The position numbers were made by a program, and so were the translations under genes. From the NCBI GenBank assembly GCA_030704615.1, contig CM060733.1:29822001-29886000 (forward strand): a stretch of 64,000 bases of DNA, read 5' to 3'. Positions within the stretch are counted from its first letter, which is position 1. Each line of letters starts with the position of its first letter. Under the pieces are notes generated by a model. That model ran no database searches and was not told the origin of the DNA. It saw only the letters and a list, made by a program, of their open reading frames with translations. The DNA comes from Takakia lepidozioides (Eukaryota > Plantae > Bryophyta). Positions 37,620 to 50,508 of this stretch are shown here, piece by piece.

Positions 37620-40600
37620 TGTGGAAGGTACCTATATACCTTGTCATGGGATGAACGTATCCACCGTTCTGTGGAATATTCTGTATATATATTCAAGGAA
37701 TGTTGCACAGTTCTTTAGTTGAAAGTAAATCTTATGACGTACAATCGCCAACATGGTATCAGAGCGTCCAGCTTGAAAATAGTTTCTTTTCTAGTGAGCT
37801 ATATGAATGAGTGTCTTGAAAGTGAGCACTGCTCCTTTCTTCTTTTCACTTTCCATAAAGTAAATTTTTTGTTGTGAGCATTGTTCCTTCAAACTAAGTA
37901 TCTAAAAGAATAGTCATCATGGCAGAAGCACAGGGGAGTCATGGTAGCATGTCAATTGGGGAAGCAAACAAGTTGGTTGGTATCAGTAACTACTACATAT
38001 GGCAGCTGAAGATGAAAGTCATATTGAGGAGAGGATGTATGGGATCTTACCGAGAACCATATTCAGCCTACAAATTTTTCAGTAGTCATGGTTGGAACGC
38101 AGTACTCTGAGCAGTCGATGAAAAAAACAAATAATCTTGCTTTGTCATGCAACTATCAGTAGCAGATAGTCTACTACGATTTGTGTCAACTTTCACCGAT
38201 CCAGCACTAGCATGGGATGGCTTGCGTCGCAAATTCGCATCTGGCAATCAGTCACATCTACTCATGTTGACGAACCAACTTCATTCGCTCAAGATGCCAG
38301 AAGGAGGATCTATGGAAGAGTACATCAACAAAGCAACAGATCTGAAGAACAAGTTGTTGTCCTTAGGAGAGAATGTCCCAGCTAGGTTTTCTGTCAGCTC
38401 ATACCCAATGATTTGTCTGCAATGAGTTATGAGGGTGTTGTTCAAACCCTGAGTAATCTAGACATTGTACTTACATTTGATCAGTTAATAGTCAAAACTG
38501 TTAACTGAAGCAGCACACCAGCCTCCAGGAGCAGCGAACATCTTGAGTAGCTAGGTGATGACGAAGCCTTGGCAGCCCATTTCAACAGAGCTGCAAGATT
38601 TCAATCAAGAGTTTTCAATGGTGGACAGTTGCAAGGTCACTTCCCGAATCCAAACAGCTTCCGTGCACGTGGATTTTCTCGAGGAAGGAACTTACGTTTT
38701 AGAGGGAAAATAGACTTATTTGGGAGAAGCTTCGGACGAGCTCGAATTATTTGTTACAACTGCGGCCAAGCGGGTCATTGCTGCAGAGTGCATTGTCCAG
38801 CCTAATAGGCTAGCTTAATTTAATGTAGAAAGAGGTCAGCCTAATCATACTTCATATGCCAACGCAATACAGAACCTTGATGTAGTACTGTCAGAAATCT
38901 CAGGTTACGTTAACTCTCCTCAGCCATGGTATATGGATAGTGGAGCCACAGCTCATGTCACTGGTTCTAGAGAAAGTGTAAGTCGGCTTGGAGAAAGTAG
39001 TGCAGAGAGGAACATCAGAACTGCTGGAGGAGAAAATCACAGCATCCAAGGTGTTGGTACCTCAACCGTGAAAACTGATTCTGACGAAATAAACATGACA
39101 AATGTTCTGCCGACCTTGAAAAAGAGTCTGATATCAATAGATATTGTCACCGATACTAGTAACATTGTTATTTTCTCCAATACACACTGTTGGATTTTAG
39201 ACCATCTTGACAACAGGAGCATTATTGCTGTAGGCTACAGAGATCCAATTAACATACTTTACAAATTTGAACCTCATCATCAGATCAATAGTGTAGATCT
39301 AGGAAGCACCGGAGATTTGTGGCATAGAAGATTTGGTTATCTTAGTCATTCTAGTCTCAGCCATTTGTCCAAACACAACAGGGTCTTGGGCTTACCAAAA
39401 ATAAAAACGTTGAAGATAGTATGCGTGCGAGTGAGTAAGTGTGTGAACCGGAAAGCGACCAAGGTGTGGGGAGCTATTCCGGACTGTCATCTACCAAAGG
39501 GAATTTCCACTGAGCCCGACAAGTCGAGGTCGAGTGGGAGTGTGAGGGGGACCGTTATGCCCCGGTGAGCAACCGAAGCTCCGAGTTGGCCCGGTGGCCG
39601 GTTTGGGAGTTAGGCGCGCGCATCAAGGCGAGTAACTATGACTTGAAGGGGAGTTTACCGAAGTGAGGTGCGCGACAGGTCCTAGAGAAAGTGTAAGTCA
39701 GCTTGGAGAAAGTAGTGCAGAGAGGAACATCAGAACTGCTGGAGGAGAAAATCACAGCATCCAAGGTGTTGGTACCTTAACCGTGAAAACTGATTCTGGC
39801 AAAATAAACATGACAAATGTTCTGTATGTGCCGACCTTGAAAAAAAGTATCAGTAGGGGCTATCACTAATACTAGTAACATTGTTATTTTCTTCAATACA
39901 CACTGTTGGATTTTAGACAATCTTGACAACATGAGCATTATAGTTGTAGGCTACAGAGATCCAATTAACAGACTTTACAAATTTGAGCCTCATCATCAGA
40001 TCAATATTGTAGATCTAGGAAACACCGGAGATTTGTGGCATAGAAGATTTGGTCACCTTAGTCACTCTAGTCTCAGCCATTTGTCCAAACACAACAGGGT
40101 CTTGGGCTTACCGAAAATAGAAACGTTGAAGATAGTATGCGAGAGCTGCCTTGCCGGCCGACAGCACAGAGAACGTTTTCCACGCCACTCGAATAATCGG
40201 GCATCTACACCTGCAGAACTTATTCATTCTGATTTGGTAGGACCCCTGCTAACTCCATCATTAAGTGGATCCAGATATTTCGTGGTCTTCACCGATGACT
40301 ACTCCCAAAAAAGCTGGATCTATTTTATGCGAAGCAAGGCCGAGACTTTTACAAAATTCAAGATTTTCAAATAACTGATTGAAGGATAAACGAGTAAGAA
40401 GATAAAGACAATCAAAACCGATCGAGGAGATGAATTACGTCAACAAAATTTAACACTTATTGCACTGAACATGGAATTAGAAGATAATTAACACAAGCAT
40501 TGACACCGCAACAAAATGGTGTGGCAGAATTAAGAAATAGGACGGTGGTGGAACGTGCATGCTCATTGGCAGCTAACAGCTCGCTCCCGGGGTTTTTATG

Positions 40601-42266
40601 GACTAAAGCCATCTCAACAACAAACTATCTCGTAAACCGTAGCCGAACGAAGGCGAACGTAGGCATCACAGCAGAAGAAAAGTACACAGGTAAAAAACAC
40701 CTCGTGAACATTGACTATTTAAGAATCTTTGGTTGTGTTGCGTACCTACATATTCCAAAAGAGCAGAGAAAAAAACTCGATAGCAAGACGAGGAAATGTC
40801 TGTTGCTATGATGAGCAGATCAAGGTTTATAGACGATATGATCCAATAAAAAAGAAACTAGCTCTTAGTAGAGATGTCACCTTTGATAAATCGAAAGTAT
40901 GATACCATAATCTCCTTCTACTAGTACTCCAGATTCTGAAGATATTGTCCCGGTTTTTAATCGCAGTCTTGATCTAGATATTGAACATAATCTCGATCCG
41001 TTAGCACCATCTGATCTAGAAAAATCTCATATGAGAAATGATGAGGTACAGATCAATCCAAGAGAGATAGAAACACCAGGTAATATAGATTCTGGGATAG
41101 AATCTCCAACGGTAGAAAGTCAAGAGAGAGAGCTGAGATTAGAAATGATAGTCAAAGGCCACTTCCAAACCAAGAACAGGCAGGTCCAGCTGAGAGACGA
41201 TACCCTTCAAGGAAAAGGTCACTGCTAGAAAATTGAAAGATTACTATTGGACACTCGCGACAGAATCAACAGAAGAGCCAACTTCAGGTATTGTGAGGCA
41301 GCAGCAGGTGAGAACTGGATGAAGGCCATGCAGTAGGAAATCGACTCGATCAATAAAAATCATACCTGGGAAGTAGTTGACATGCCCCAGGATAAAATCC
41401 CGATCACCGCAAAGTGGATTTACAAAATAAAAAAAGGACTAGCGGGGGAAGTAAAAAAGTCAAGATTGTAGCAAGGGGATTCCAACAAACGACGGGGATA
41501 GACTATTTTGATACATTTGCACTTGTGGTACGATGGTCCACAGTAAAGATCTGTTCTGTCTGTGGATGCCAGAATTAGGAAACGGAAAGTGAGACAAATG
41601 GACGTGAAAATGGCAATTTTGAATGGACGATTAAACAAAGAAGTATACATGGAGATTCCCGAAGGATTTGAAGGAGCAGGGGATTCTACAAAAGTGTGCA
41701 AATTGTACCGAGCTCTTTATGGTCTAAAGCAGGCACCGAAGGCATGGTATTCAAGAATAGATTCGTGGTTTTTGGAACAGGGCATGACAAGAAGTAGTGC
41801 GGACCCTAACATGTACTACAAAGAATATGATGGCAAGAGAATTATCATACTCATGTATGTAGATGATCTGCTCATTACTGGAGACAACGACAAGGAGGTA
41901 GGAAGGATGTAGTAAGCACTTACAGACAACTTTGAAATGACTGACATTGGGTTGGCGAGACTTTATTTTGGCATTGAGTTTGAGTATTGTCCCTCAGGGA
42001 TATGGCTTCATTAGAGAGCTTACATCAAAAAAATACTGAAAAGGTATGCAATGAGCAATTATCTACCAACAAAAATTATACCAATCGATCCTGGAGACGT
42101 ACAATTGCAGAACAAAATGGGCATCCGAAGAGTAGACTCAGAGTTTTACAGATCGTTGGTGAGCAGTTTGATATATTTGACCAATACAAGACCAGACATC
42201 TGTTTTGTGGTAAGCTGTGTGAGCAGATACATGAACGAACCAGGAGAAGCACATCTACAAGCGTGA
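37620..42266 (+). mobile_element. Ty1/Copia retrotransposon, degenerate, with internal duplication
   Basis: PBS at 37754; gag at 37919; CYNCGQAGH; WYMDSGAT; HSDLVGP; LYGLKQAPKAW; YVDD; TRPDI. LTR start uncertain. Confidence 0.92.
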
Positions 42267-42649
42267 ATGATTGAAATAAGATTGCTTGTATAAGAACATT
42301 CATGACATTCATCGCATTCATAACAATCATAGAGTATCATCTCATTCATTCATCTCATAGAAAGTGAAGTCATAAGCCAAATTTTCTGCAAAACAAGATT
42401 GATCGCATCCAAGAAAGTGTTGCCATTAACTAGCACTAAGCCAGATACAAGTCCACCTGGTTGGAACACAAACATGCATTGAAAAACAACATTGAAAACA
42501 AATATTCATTGCAAAACAACATTGATCTCATTCAAAAAATGTTCCCATTAAGCAAAGGTAGCCATTTCCAAAGTCCGATACACCCAGATTTGAGTAACAA
42601 TGATAAGGAGGGCAACTGGCAGAGTTGCATTGCAAATCCAGACTACATC

Positions 42650-43212
42650 TCAATTTGTACCCGAAGTATCTCGCTGTAGCAGTGTATGAACATCACTGGG
42701 TCCTATTATACATTGGTGAATGTACGTGTCTCGTTTTGGATCGCAAAACATCCTCCGAATGTAGATGTAGTTTAGATGCTTACGCGGGACAAATTTCACT
42801 CTCTTGCCAAGAGAGCTTGAGAGCGTGTTCTGAAAGTCCGGACAAGTGCAATTAGGGAAATCGCCAACAGTAATCTCATAGGTCCGGTCATGAACAACCG
42901 ATCCAGAAATCACCATGGTGTACACCTGCCCATACCCTGGCAAGGGAACATTCACAATTTGGGTGACGCGACACTACAGGGTTCTAGTAGACTCCATCTT
43001 GCACTCATTGTCTGTACCAGCCTCGACTGACGTACCGCATTTCCATTCCTTTTTGTGGGCCCATCGTTGCCATGTCGAGGACATGCCAAAAAGTTGGAAG
43101 GGAAAGCCATTAGGTTGACTGGTGTTACGACAGGAGGGGCTCTCGGAAGGCGAAACCCGGCCTCCTCCAACATGTCAACTTCCAGTTTGGAGAGTGCGGT
43201 TCCTAACTTCAC
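42650..43212 (-). pseudogene. SWIM zinc-finger protein fragment (probably transposon-derived)
   Basis: YEITVGDFPNCTCPDF...(C>R)KHLNYIY. Confidence 0.6.
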
Positions 43213-44706
43213 TAGTCACACGGCTGGAATTTGAGGCTTCATTATCACAGATTCCCGAACAGTCCCCAAGACATAGCGCACAATGTCATCTGGGCAGAAC
43301 CAAAACTTGTGAGGCCTAGACTCCCGCGACTGGTAATGTTGGGTCTAGTTATTGGGCAAATCACACACAGTAGATTGATGCTTGTGTGAAGGGATTAATT
43401 CTAGAGGATATCTGGAAAACTCGGATGTATTGTGCTAACAACGTCTTAGGAGTACATTCAATCTCTCCCCGGGTTAAACTATGCATACATTCTCTAAGGC
43501 AAACAAATGCACTACCTATTGATGCTATCGAAGTCCAACCTTGAGCTTAGTATTGATCATAAAGGGTCTGGAGGTTTTGCAGATGGGGCATGCCACTTCC
43601 TTTCTTTGGGTCTAATATGATGGCATCTAGCCATGACCATGCTGACACTGTCACTAGCGAAGCTCCACCGGTATATATTGCAAGTCCAAGTCATCAAGTC
43701 CTTTGGGGAGATTCACCATTTGGCTGTCAAGTGGTTGTCTTTCTATCATGTCTTTAGCCCATACTGGGTTCTTAAACCTGGCACCTGATAGAGTCCATCT
43801 TAGAAATTTTGAAGATGAAATCTGCATCTTGTCATCAGTCCATTTTGATCTCGGTTATCTGTACAATAATTTGTTGCAGTACAGAACTTTCAAGCATATA
43901 AGCCAATGTTTTGCCTGTTTGTAGATGAAGAGGTTGGTGTTGGTGTCAACAATAGTTGAATATGAAAGTCACTGCCTTGTGATTTTGTCCTTGCCTGAAT
44001 TGTTGTCCTGACATGAGTTGACGTGAAGATTTACGCAGTTGGATTGATTTGGCTCACTTAGCTGTATACATGTATTTGGTCCATGGATCTTTTCCTATTT
44101 CCAAGTGGTGAAGGTAATGTTGAGAGAGCTGGGGAGGGTGGAAGTGTAAATGGAGAGGCAGCAGAACCCCCTTCTGGAAACAATGGCCCTCCTCTTGATA
44201 TGGGCTCCTTCTTTGGTTGGTCGGATGAGGAAGAGAGGTCATAACAGAATGACTTGGAGCCACCTACAAAAGCTTTGGGTAACGACTTTGGGGGTTTTGA
44301 TGTCGGCAATGATGACTGGTGATATGAGTTGGTGCTGGAGTTTGGTTCTAGCATTCACATGCATTAAAATGCTGGAGTCACTCGAAGGTGTGTATTGTAG
44401 CATGTGGAAGCTAAGTTTTATTACAGTGAGCTTGTGAATCTGGAAATGAGTCAAATAAGGCAGTCTTGAAGTACAGCAGCCGGATTTTGGTTGTGCCACG
44501 TTTTTGCAGATGAACCTTCGCAATTCTTCGCAACAACCTTCCCTTGAAGATGAAATCCTGCCTGAGGTAGTGTAGTCATGAGCCTTATGATCCACATGTG
44601 TACCAACATTGCCATTGCAAAGGGGACATGGATATTAGACAATATCATGTCATAAGAACTCCTGGAGCTAAATGAGTACTTGAATGATGAAGAATGACAT
44701 AAATAG

Positions 44707-44983
44707 CAGTTTTTTTTTTTTGGCGAAAAATCGCCAAATGGCGACCTCAAAACATTAAAATGGAATACTCTGTCGTAAATTCCCAATTTTTTCATGGATG
44801 AAATCGCCAAACTTCTACAAGAAAAATAATAATAATGGATGAATTTGCCAAATGTGGATGATATAAATGGATGAAAGTACATAGGAGGATGATTCTATCC
44901 AAATTTTCAATGGATGAACAGAATATATAGCTATTTCTTGTAGCCACTCGTGCTATTTTTCAAATTTAAGAAAAAAATCACTG
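44707..44983. mobile_element. hAT-type MITE
   Basis: Termini CAGTTTTTT / AAAAAATCACTG; 8-bp TSD ATAAATAG / ATAAAGAG. Confidence 0.7.
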
Positions 44984-46771
44984 ATAAAGAGGCATGTGGC
45001 TTACTAGGCAAGTTTTCCCTCTACAATAGGTGGACTGGTACATAGGGTCTGGCCCGGTTATCAACCTGGGTATTAAAGATCCGACCCGGCTTTCTGCTTC
45101 CACCAATCCCACCAGGAATTATGAGCACAAAGCCTCTAAAACATAGACATACACCTATCAGGCAAAATGGGGAGGTCTATCTGTCATCCTCTCTTTAGCT
45201 TGCTCCCTTTGACACGCATTCCCCCCCCCCCAATAGATGGCCTCATTTATACGGTGTATTGGAACTCAATGTGAGTGATGGAAGCTTGGGAAACAACACT
45301 TGAGAGTGCCCAAGCTCAAAGCCGTGTGGTCATACTCAACATTAGGATCGACTAATGAACGACTGATGGAGTAAATTTGAGAAAAATGAACAAGCCCGTG
45401 CACCCGAACCAGGCTACCCCACTCACACTCAAGCCAAAAACATTGATACACAATATTCAAAGAATCCAAACATGAATGGGATAGAGCCTCTTCTGTTTCT
45501 CTTCCTCATCTCTAAGAGCTTTAAAAGAGGAAATTATCATAATATTTATGTTGGTAAGGTAAAAAGATGAGAAAATGAAGGTGAGTTGTTGCCTCACCAC
45601 AGTTCAAATTCCTTTGGTATTAAGCAAACCAACCACCTAAGCAAGAAACTATGAATGGTTATAAACTCTAAAGAAGGAAACTATACGACTGAAGATTTAA
45701 TCTTGGTGCAAAAATGGTGAATGGGTGTTCAAGTCACACTATTATCACACTATTACCTGCCGCAGACTATGCATGTTTTCCATGTTGTCTAAGCCACTCT
45801 TCATGTCTCTCCCCCTGCACATCCTTTCTCTTTCTCTTGGGTACGGGCAAACAACATCTTATCTTATGAGGATATTCTTTCTCCCGCAATAGGCTCCGAG
45901 AGGACTAAGTTAGCTGCAAGACCTAAATCACCCACTACAATTTGAATTTGAGAGGAGGAGGGAATGGTGTTGGCAAAGCAGTGTACAATAATACCTTGAC
46001 ACAAGTTCCTTCCCTTCCACTTTCTTCCCTCTCACTTATAAGTAGCTCCAATTCGCTATATCACCTTGCTACCCACACCCTCCAGATACTACAAAGACGG
46101 CACCAATCCTCATCGTATCGATGGCATGCCAAAGTGAAGCGAAGAGGTTTGAGAAGGTTTGAGAGTGAAGTGCGGCGTAAAATACTCCTAAACGGTCGTT
46201 TTTCAACACTGTATTCTCGACCCTTTTGAGATGTTGGGAAATTTTGTGTAGGGTAAAGCCTCGGCACAAGGCCTTCGAGGCCAGGTAATGGCCGAGGCCT
46301 CAGGCTTTACCATGCGTAAAGAAGCAAATACATACTACGTTGCTACCCGGCGCAATCTGATTGGGCTTGAAATATCCCATATCGATTGCCCATATTCAGG
46401 ACCCTGTGGAGGATATAAACCAGGGTGAGCTTTGTTAGAGTGGTGGGTGGAGTTATGGATGATTACATCATCCCAGTTTTCACGGAGTACCTTATATTTG
46501 GAAGAGTACGTTACACCCAAATATAACATATTCCCCAAAATATAAGGTACTTACCCTATACACCCAAATATAACATACTCCCCAAAATATAAGGTACTTA
46601 CCCTAAAATTTGTCCAAATAAGCGTACTCAAACTACAAAGGAAAAAAATGATGAGGTTCTTTACGCATATTTAAAGATGTAGCTTGGCAATACCGGATTC
46701 ATCACTTATCATCTGTTTATTGTCCAAACTGCGCAAATACTAACCGGGGTATGACCGGTGCATACTAACGC

Positions 46772-47205
46772 GGAAATTCCAAAACGAAAGAAGAACTTGT
46801 CGCCAAGGGGAGACTCGTGTGCGCAGCGGTCCCTCCTTTTTTTTGCAGCTGTAAATCAGACAGGCTGTGAATACGCCTTACTGTGGTGACCAGTGACATG
46901 GCCAAGTGGTTGGAGCTTTACAATGGAGTTCTCATGGTGCGCGTGCTTCTAAGTTGGTTTCCAAACATACCATGGGAGCGGCAGCCACTTCAAGCCATTC
47001 GTGATGTGTGTGACCCATACTTGAACCTCTTCAGGAACATTATCCCCCCTTTTCGACGCCCTTGATTTTAGTCGGATGCTAGCCTTCATGGTTTTAGGGG
47101 TGTTCACTTCAATTTTGAATACCACTGTGTAAGGATGAGCGAGTCTCTGATACTCAAGGGCTTACACGGAATTCGGGTTTGGCTTCTGCGGTGGTCAGTG
47201 ATCAG
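46772..47205 (+). pseudogene. YLMG1/YGGT pseudogene (3' half plus 3' UTR), inverted relative to the intact gene
   Basis: AKWLELYNGVLMVRVLLSWFPNIPWERQPL...; small deletions and frameshifts versus 49540-49999. Confidence 0.9.
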
Positions 47206-47354
47206 TATCAGGCTGATGAAAGTTGTCATTGAGTTTTCAGGCAGTCCTATTTGGCATTTCAGGTGTAATGTGACATGTGTAGCTAATTCAGTCATAGAAC
47301 AAATTTGATAGAATATGTAGACAATGGAAGCAAACATCCATTGACTGAACATAG

Positions 47355-47660
47355 ATTTCAATACATGAACCACCGGTGGGTAGCTCAGTTGGGTAGAGCA
47401 CTGACTGCCACTAGGTGATCTTGGGTTAAAATCAAGGCTGCCACATTGCACAGCCAGTACTTACCCTCTCATGGTGTCTAATGAAAGCTTGTGAGCTTCT
47501 TGTGTGTGTGTATGAGAATGTACTCCTCAGATGTAGTTTGCTATATGTCTGTGTGAGAATGTATTTATAAGACGATTGCCGCAGCTTGTGGCCATTGACC
47601 CGGCGCCCAGTTGGAGCATAATACAAAGGGACCGAAACTACCTTCGTCTGGGGCTGACGC
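47355..47660 (+). repeat. tRNA-derived SINE-like repeat
   Basis: TAGCTCAGTTGGGTAGAGC ... GGTTAAAATC head at 47376-47445; inverted copy at 48740-49037. Confidence 0.7.
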
Positions 47661-48229
47661 CAGTAGTATGACTTACCTTGAAACATGCAATTGAACCGGG
47701 TTTTCCAGATATGGTCTAGAAATCCCTTCACACAAACATCAAACTTCCGTGTGATTTGGCCAATAACTAGACCTCAAAAGGGCATAGGCTTTTGGCTCAG
47801 CTGTGAGATTTTCAGAGTTCGGAAATAGAGGAACAGGAATAGTTCCGTTTGATGGAATTGAAGAGGTGTCCCTCTGGTGAGAGAACCCAGGACAAGAAAT
47901 TAGAACGTGGATATCAATCTCCCTTTCCTCTGTCTGTTCGCTGATCAAAGGCAGGCTACCCGCCTTGAGTTTCGATTTCAGTCTAGTGCCGAGATTGGGT
48001 AAACTCTTGAGGTCATCCATGCTGGCCTCACCCATCGCAGACTGGAAACAGGTTCAGGGAAGTTTTCTGCTTAACTTTATTTTCATCAGACAAATTCATG
48101 GCAACAGACATGGCTTTGAAACTTCAGCCTCTAAGTCATGTTAGTCCAGCTGGGTCATGGGTTGAGGACTTAGACTCGGATCCTTGAAAATCTCTTCTAC
48201 CCTCTTCCACCAGGACTTCGCCTGTTTGT

Positions 48230-48260
<31 letters not shown>

Positions 48261-48739
48261 AAGTGAGTGTGAAGGAAAGAGGTACACAAATGCTCCACAG
48301 TTTTGATCTGATTAATAAGCACCCTTAAGGTGCCAAGTCTGACCAGTAAGGGAGTAAGACTCTACTGGGTTATGTTTGTGCTCTCGTCCCACTGCCACTC
48401 TTCTTGGAGGAGGGACTCATGCACCATTTTTGGAGTTAAGCTATAGACATTTATATGCCCTGTCACATTCCCGTCATGACTGTGTACTATGCGAAGAATA
48501 ACAAAGGTACAAGAAATCACTATACACTGCTGTAAAACTGTACTGTGATGTAGATCAGAAGTGATAGTGGCGTAAATTCTCACCTCTTGGACCGAGCATG
48601 CCTGCTCCATACAATATAGGAGGAAAGATCTTGGACCACCAGACCATGGGAATCAACCATGTGCTGTATGACACATTCTTCACAGGATTGAGGTGGACAA
48701 GGAAGTAGAATATGTTACAGAATTCAGCAAATCTGTACA

Positions 48740-49037
48740 CCAGCACCAGACGAAGGTAGTTTCGGTCCCTCTGTATTCCGCTCCAACTGGGAGCCGGGTC
48801 AATGGCCACAAGATACGGCAAACAACGTCTTGTAAGTACATTCTCACACAGACACAGGGCAAACAACATCTGAGGCATACACACACACAAGAAGCTCACA
48901 AGCTTTCATTAGACACCATGAGAGGGTAAGTACTGACCGTGCAATGTGGCAGCCTTGATTTTAACCCAAGATCCCCTAGTGGCAGTCAGTGCTCTATCTA
49001 ACTGAGCTACCCACCGGTGGTTCATATATTGAAATCT
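48740..49037 (-). repeat. tRNA-derived SINE-like repeat (inverted partner)
   Basis: Reverse-complement match to 47355-47660. Confidence 0.7.
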
Positions 49038-49614
49038 CCAAGTGTCTGTCAGGTTGGACGTGGTGACAAACTCTTAAAACTTGCCACACAATGCTTGTAA
49101 CTAACTCACTTCATTTCCATGCTTCGCATTGAAGCGGGAGGCAGAAAACCTCAAAACAGAGAATGCATCAAATTTACCTCCCACACTGCATATGATGTGA
49201 GCTGTTATGGCTTGTATGTCTTCACTTTTAACTCTTGCAAAAGTTTAAAAATATATATTTCTAATGGTAGTCCACACGGGATCAGTCCGTTCCTTACAAG
49301 AAAAACACCCTGCTGCTCCTGAAACCATATCCTACACTGTCCTCTTCTGGAGCAGTCCCCTGGACATTCTGGCGGCAAAACCAAAGAGACTCAAAGAGCT
49401 CAAATAGAAATCCTACCTCCCAGACAACATGATCTTCCACCGCCACTCAAACAAAGTGCTTCATTCTGCACACACATCCAGTACCTGTTTGACAACAAGC
49501 AAAGTGCATTCTTTTAGCTAGAAAGCTTGTACGTCAGCCAGCCTGAGACTGGTCACTGACCACCGCAGAGGCCAAACCCGAATTCCTTGTAAGCCCTTGA
49601 TATCAGAGACTCGC

Positions 49615-50508
49615 TCATCCTTGCACAGTGGTATTCAAAATTGAAGTCAACACCCCCAGAACCATGAAGGCTAGCATCGGACTAAGATCAAGGGCGTTGA
49701 AAAGAGGGGGGATAATGTTCCTGAAGAGGTTCAAGTATGGGTCACACATATCACGAATGGCTTGAAGTGGCTGCCGCTCCCATGGTATGTTTGGAAACCA
49801 ACTTAGAAGCACGCGCACCATGAGAACTCCACTGTAAAGCTCCAACCACTTGGCCATGCCACTGGCCACCACAGTAAGAGGCGTATTCACAGCCCCTGTC
49901 TGACTTACAGCTGCAAAAAAGAGAGGGGCCGCTGCGCACATGAGTCTCCCCTTTAAGACGGCAACAAGTTCCATCTCTTCTTTCGTCTTCGAATTTCCTG
50001 GGAGTCTTGTGGTAGTTAGGGTTTCTCCCAAGACCCTTGCAGCTCGCACCAGTGCTTCAGAGATGATGGCTACCGCCACCATGGTTCTCGAGAGAGCTGC
50101 TGCAGCGGCAGTAACGAATCCATCACCAGTCAAAGCCACTCTAGGGTTCGGATGTGGGGCCTCCACCATGGCCTGCAGGGGACTAGCCCTGCAAGTAGTC
50201 AAATGCCTTCTACTGGGAAGCTTACTGGTCAATAGTCCTAGAGACAATAATCGTGGAGAAGAAGCCATAAGAGAAGATGATAGGATTCCCTTTGAGATAC
50301 AAGAAATGCACGCGCAGGATAGCAAACAGCACAATTGGGGACGTCGATAGGCCTCAAAGCTGCTTCTCACAGGCATTATCCCCTCCATTCTAAAAGACAT
50401 GGTGGAGGCAGATAGGAAAGGCATAATTTTCCCCGTTATCAAATCGAAAGGAGGAAAACAGGCGCAAGCATCAAGAGACAGAGGAAGGGCGGAATCGAAG
50501 AGTATCAC
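49615..50508 (-). CDS. YLMG1: YGGT family protein, YlmG homolog 1 (plastid-targeted), intronless; true start probably a downstream ATG (50424 or 50268)
   Basis: Open frame with Ser/Ala/Leu-rich transit-peptide-like N-terminus and C-terminal YGGT domain (YSGVLMVRVLLSWFPNIPW...DPYLNLFRNIIPP...LDLSP). Confidence 0.9.
   Translation of the reverse strand: MILFDSALPLSLDACACFPPFDLITGKIMPFLSASTMSFRMEGIMPVRSSFEAYRRPQLCCLLSCACISCISKGILSSSLMASSPRLLSLGLLTSKLPSRRHLTTCRASPLQAMVEAPHPNPRVALTGDGFVTAAAAALSRTMVAVAIISEALVRAARVLGETLTTTRLPGNSKTKEEMELVAVLKGRLMCAAAPLFFAAVSQTGAVNTPLTVVASGMAKWLELYSGVLMVRVLLSWFPNIPWERQPLQAIRDMCDPYLNLFRNIIPPLFNALDLSPMLAFMVLGVLTSILNTTVQG

Noticed and set aside
39629-39643. Match to the LSU rRNA motif GAGTAACTATGACT
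   Set aside because: Only about 14 nt with no flanking rRNA similarity; probably chance.
47376-47446. tRNA-Gly(GCC) gene
   Set aside because: Acceptor, anticodon and T arms are imperfect and it is joined to a repeated body; better read as a SINE head.
47739-48230. 98-aa ORF and upstream exon-like piece
   Set aside because: In-frame stops upstream and no recognisable family.
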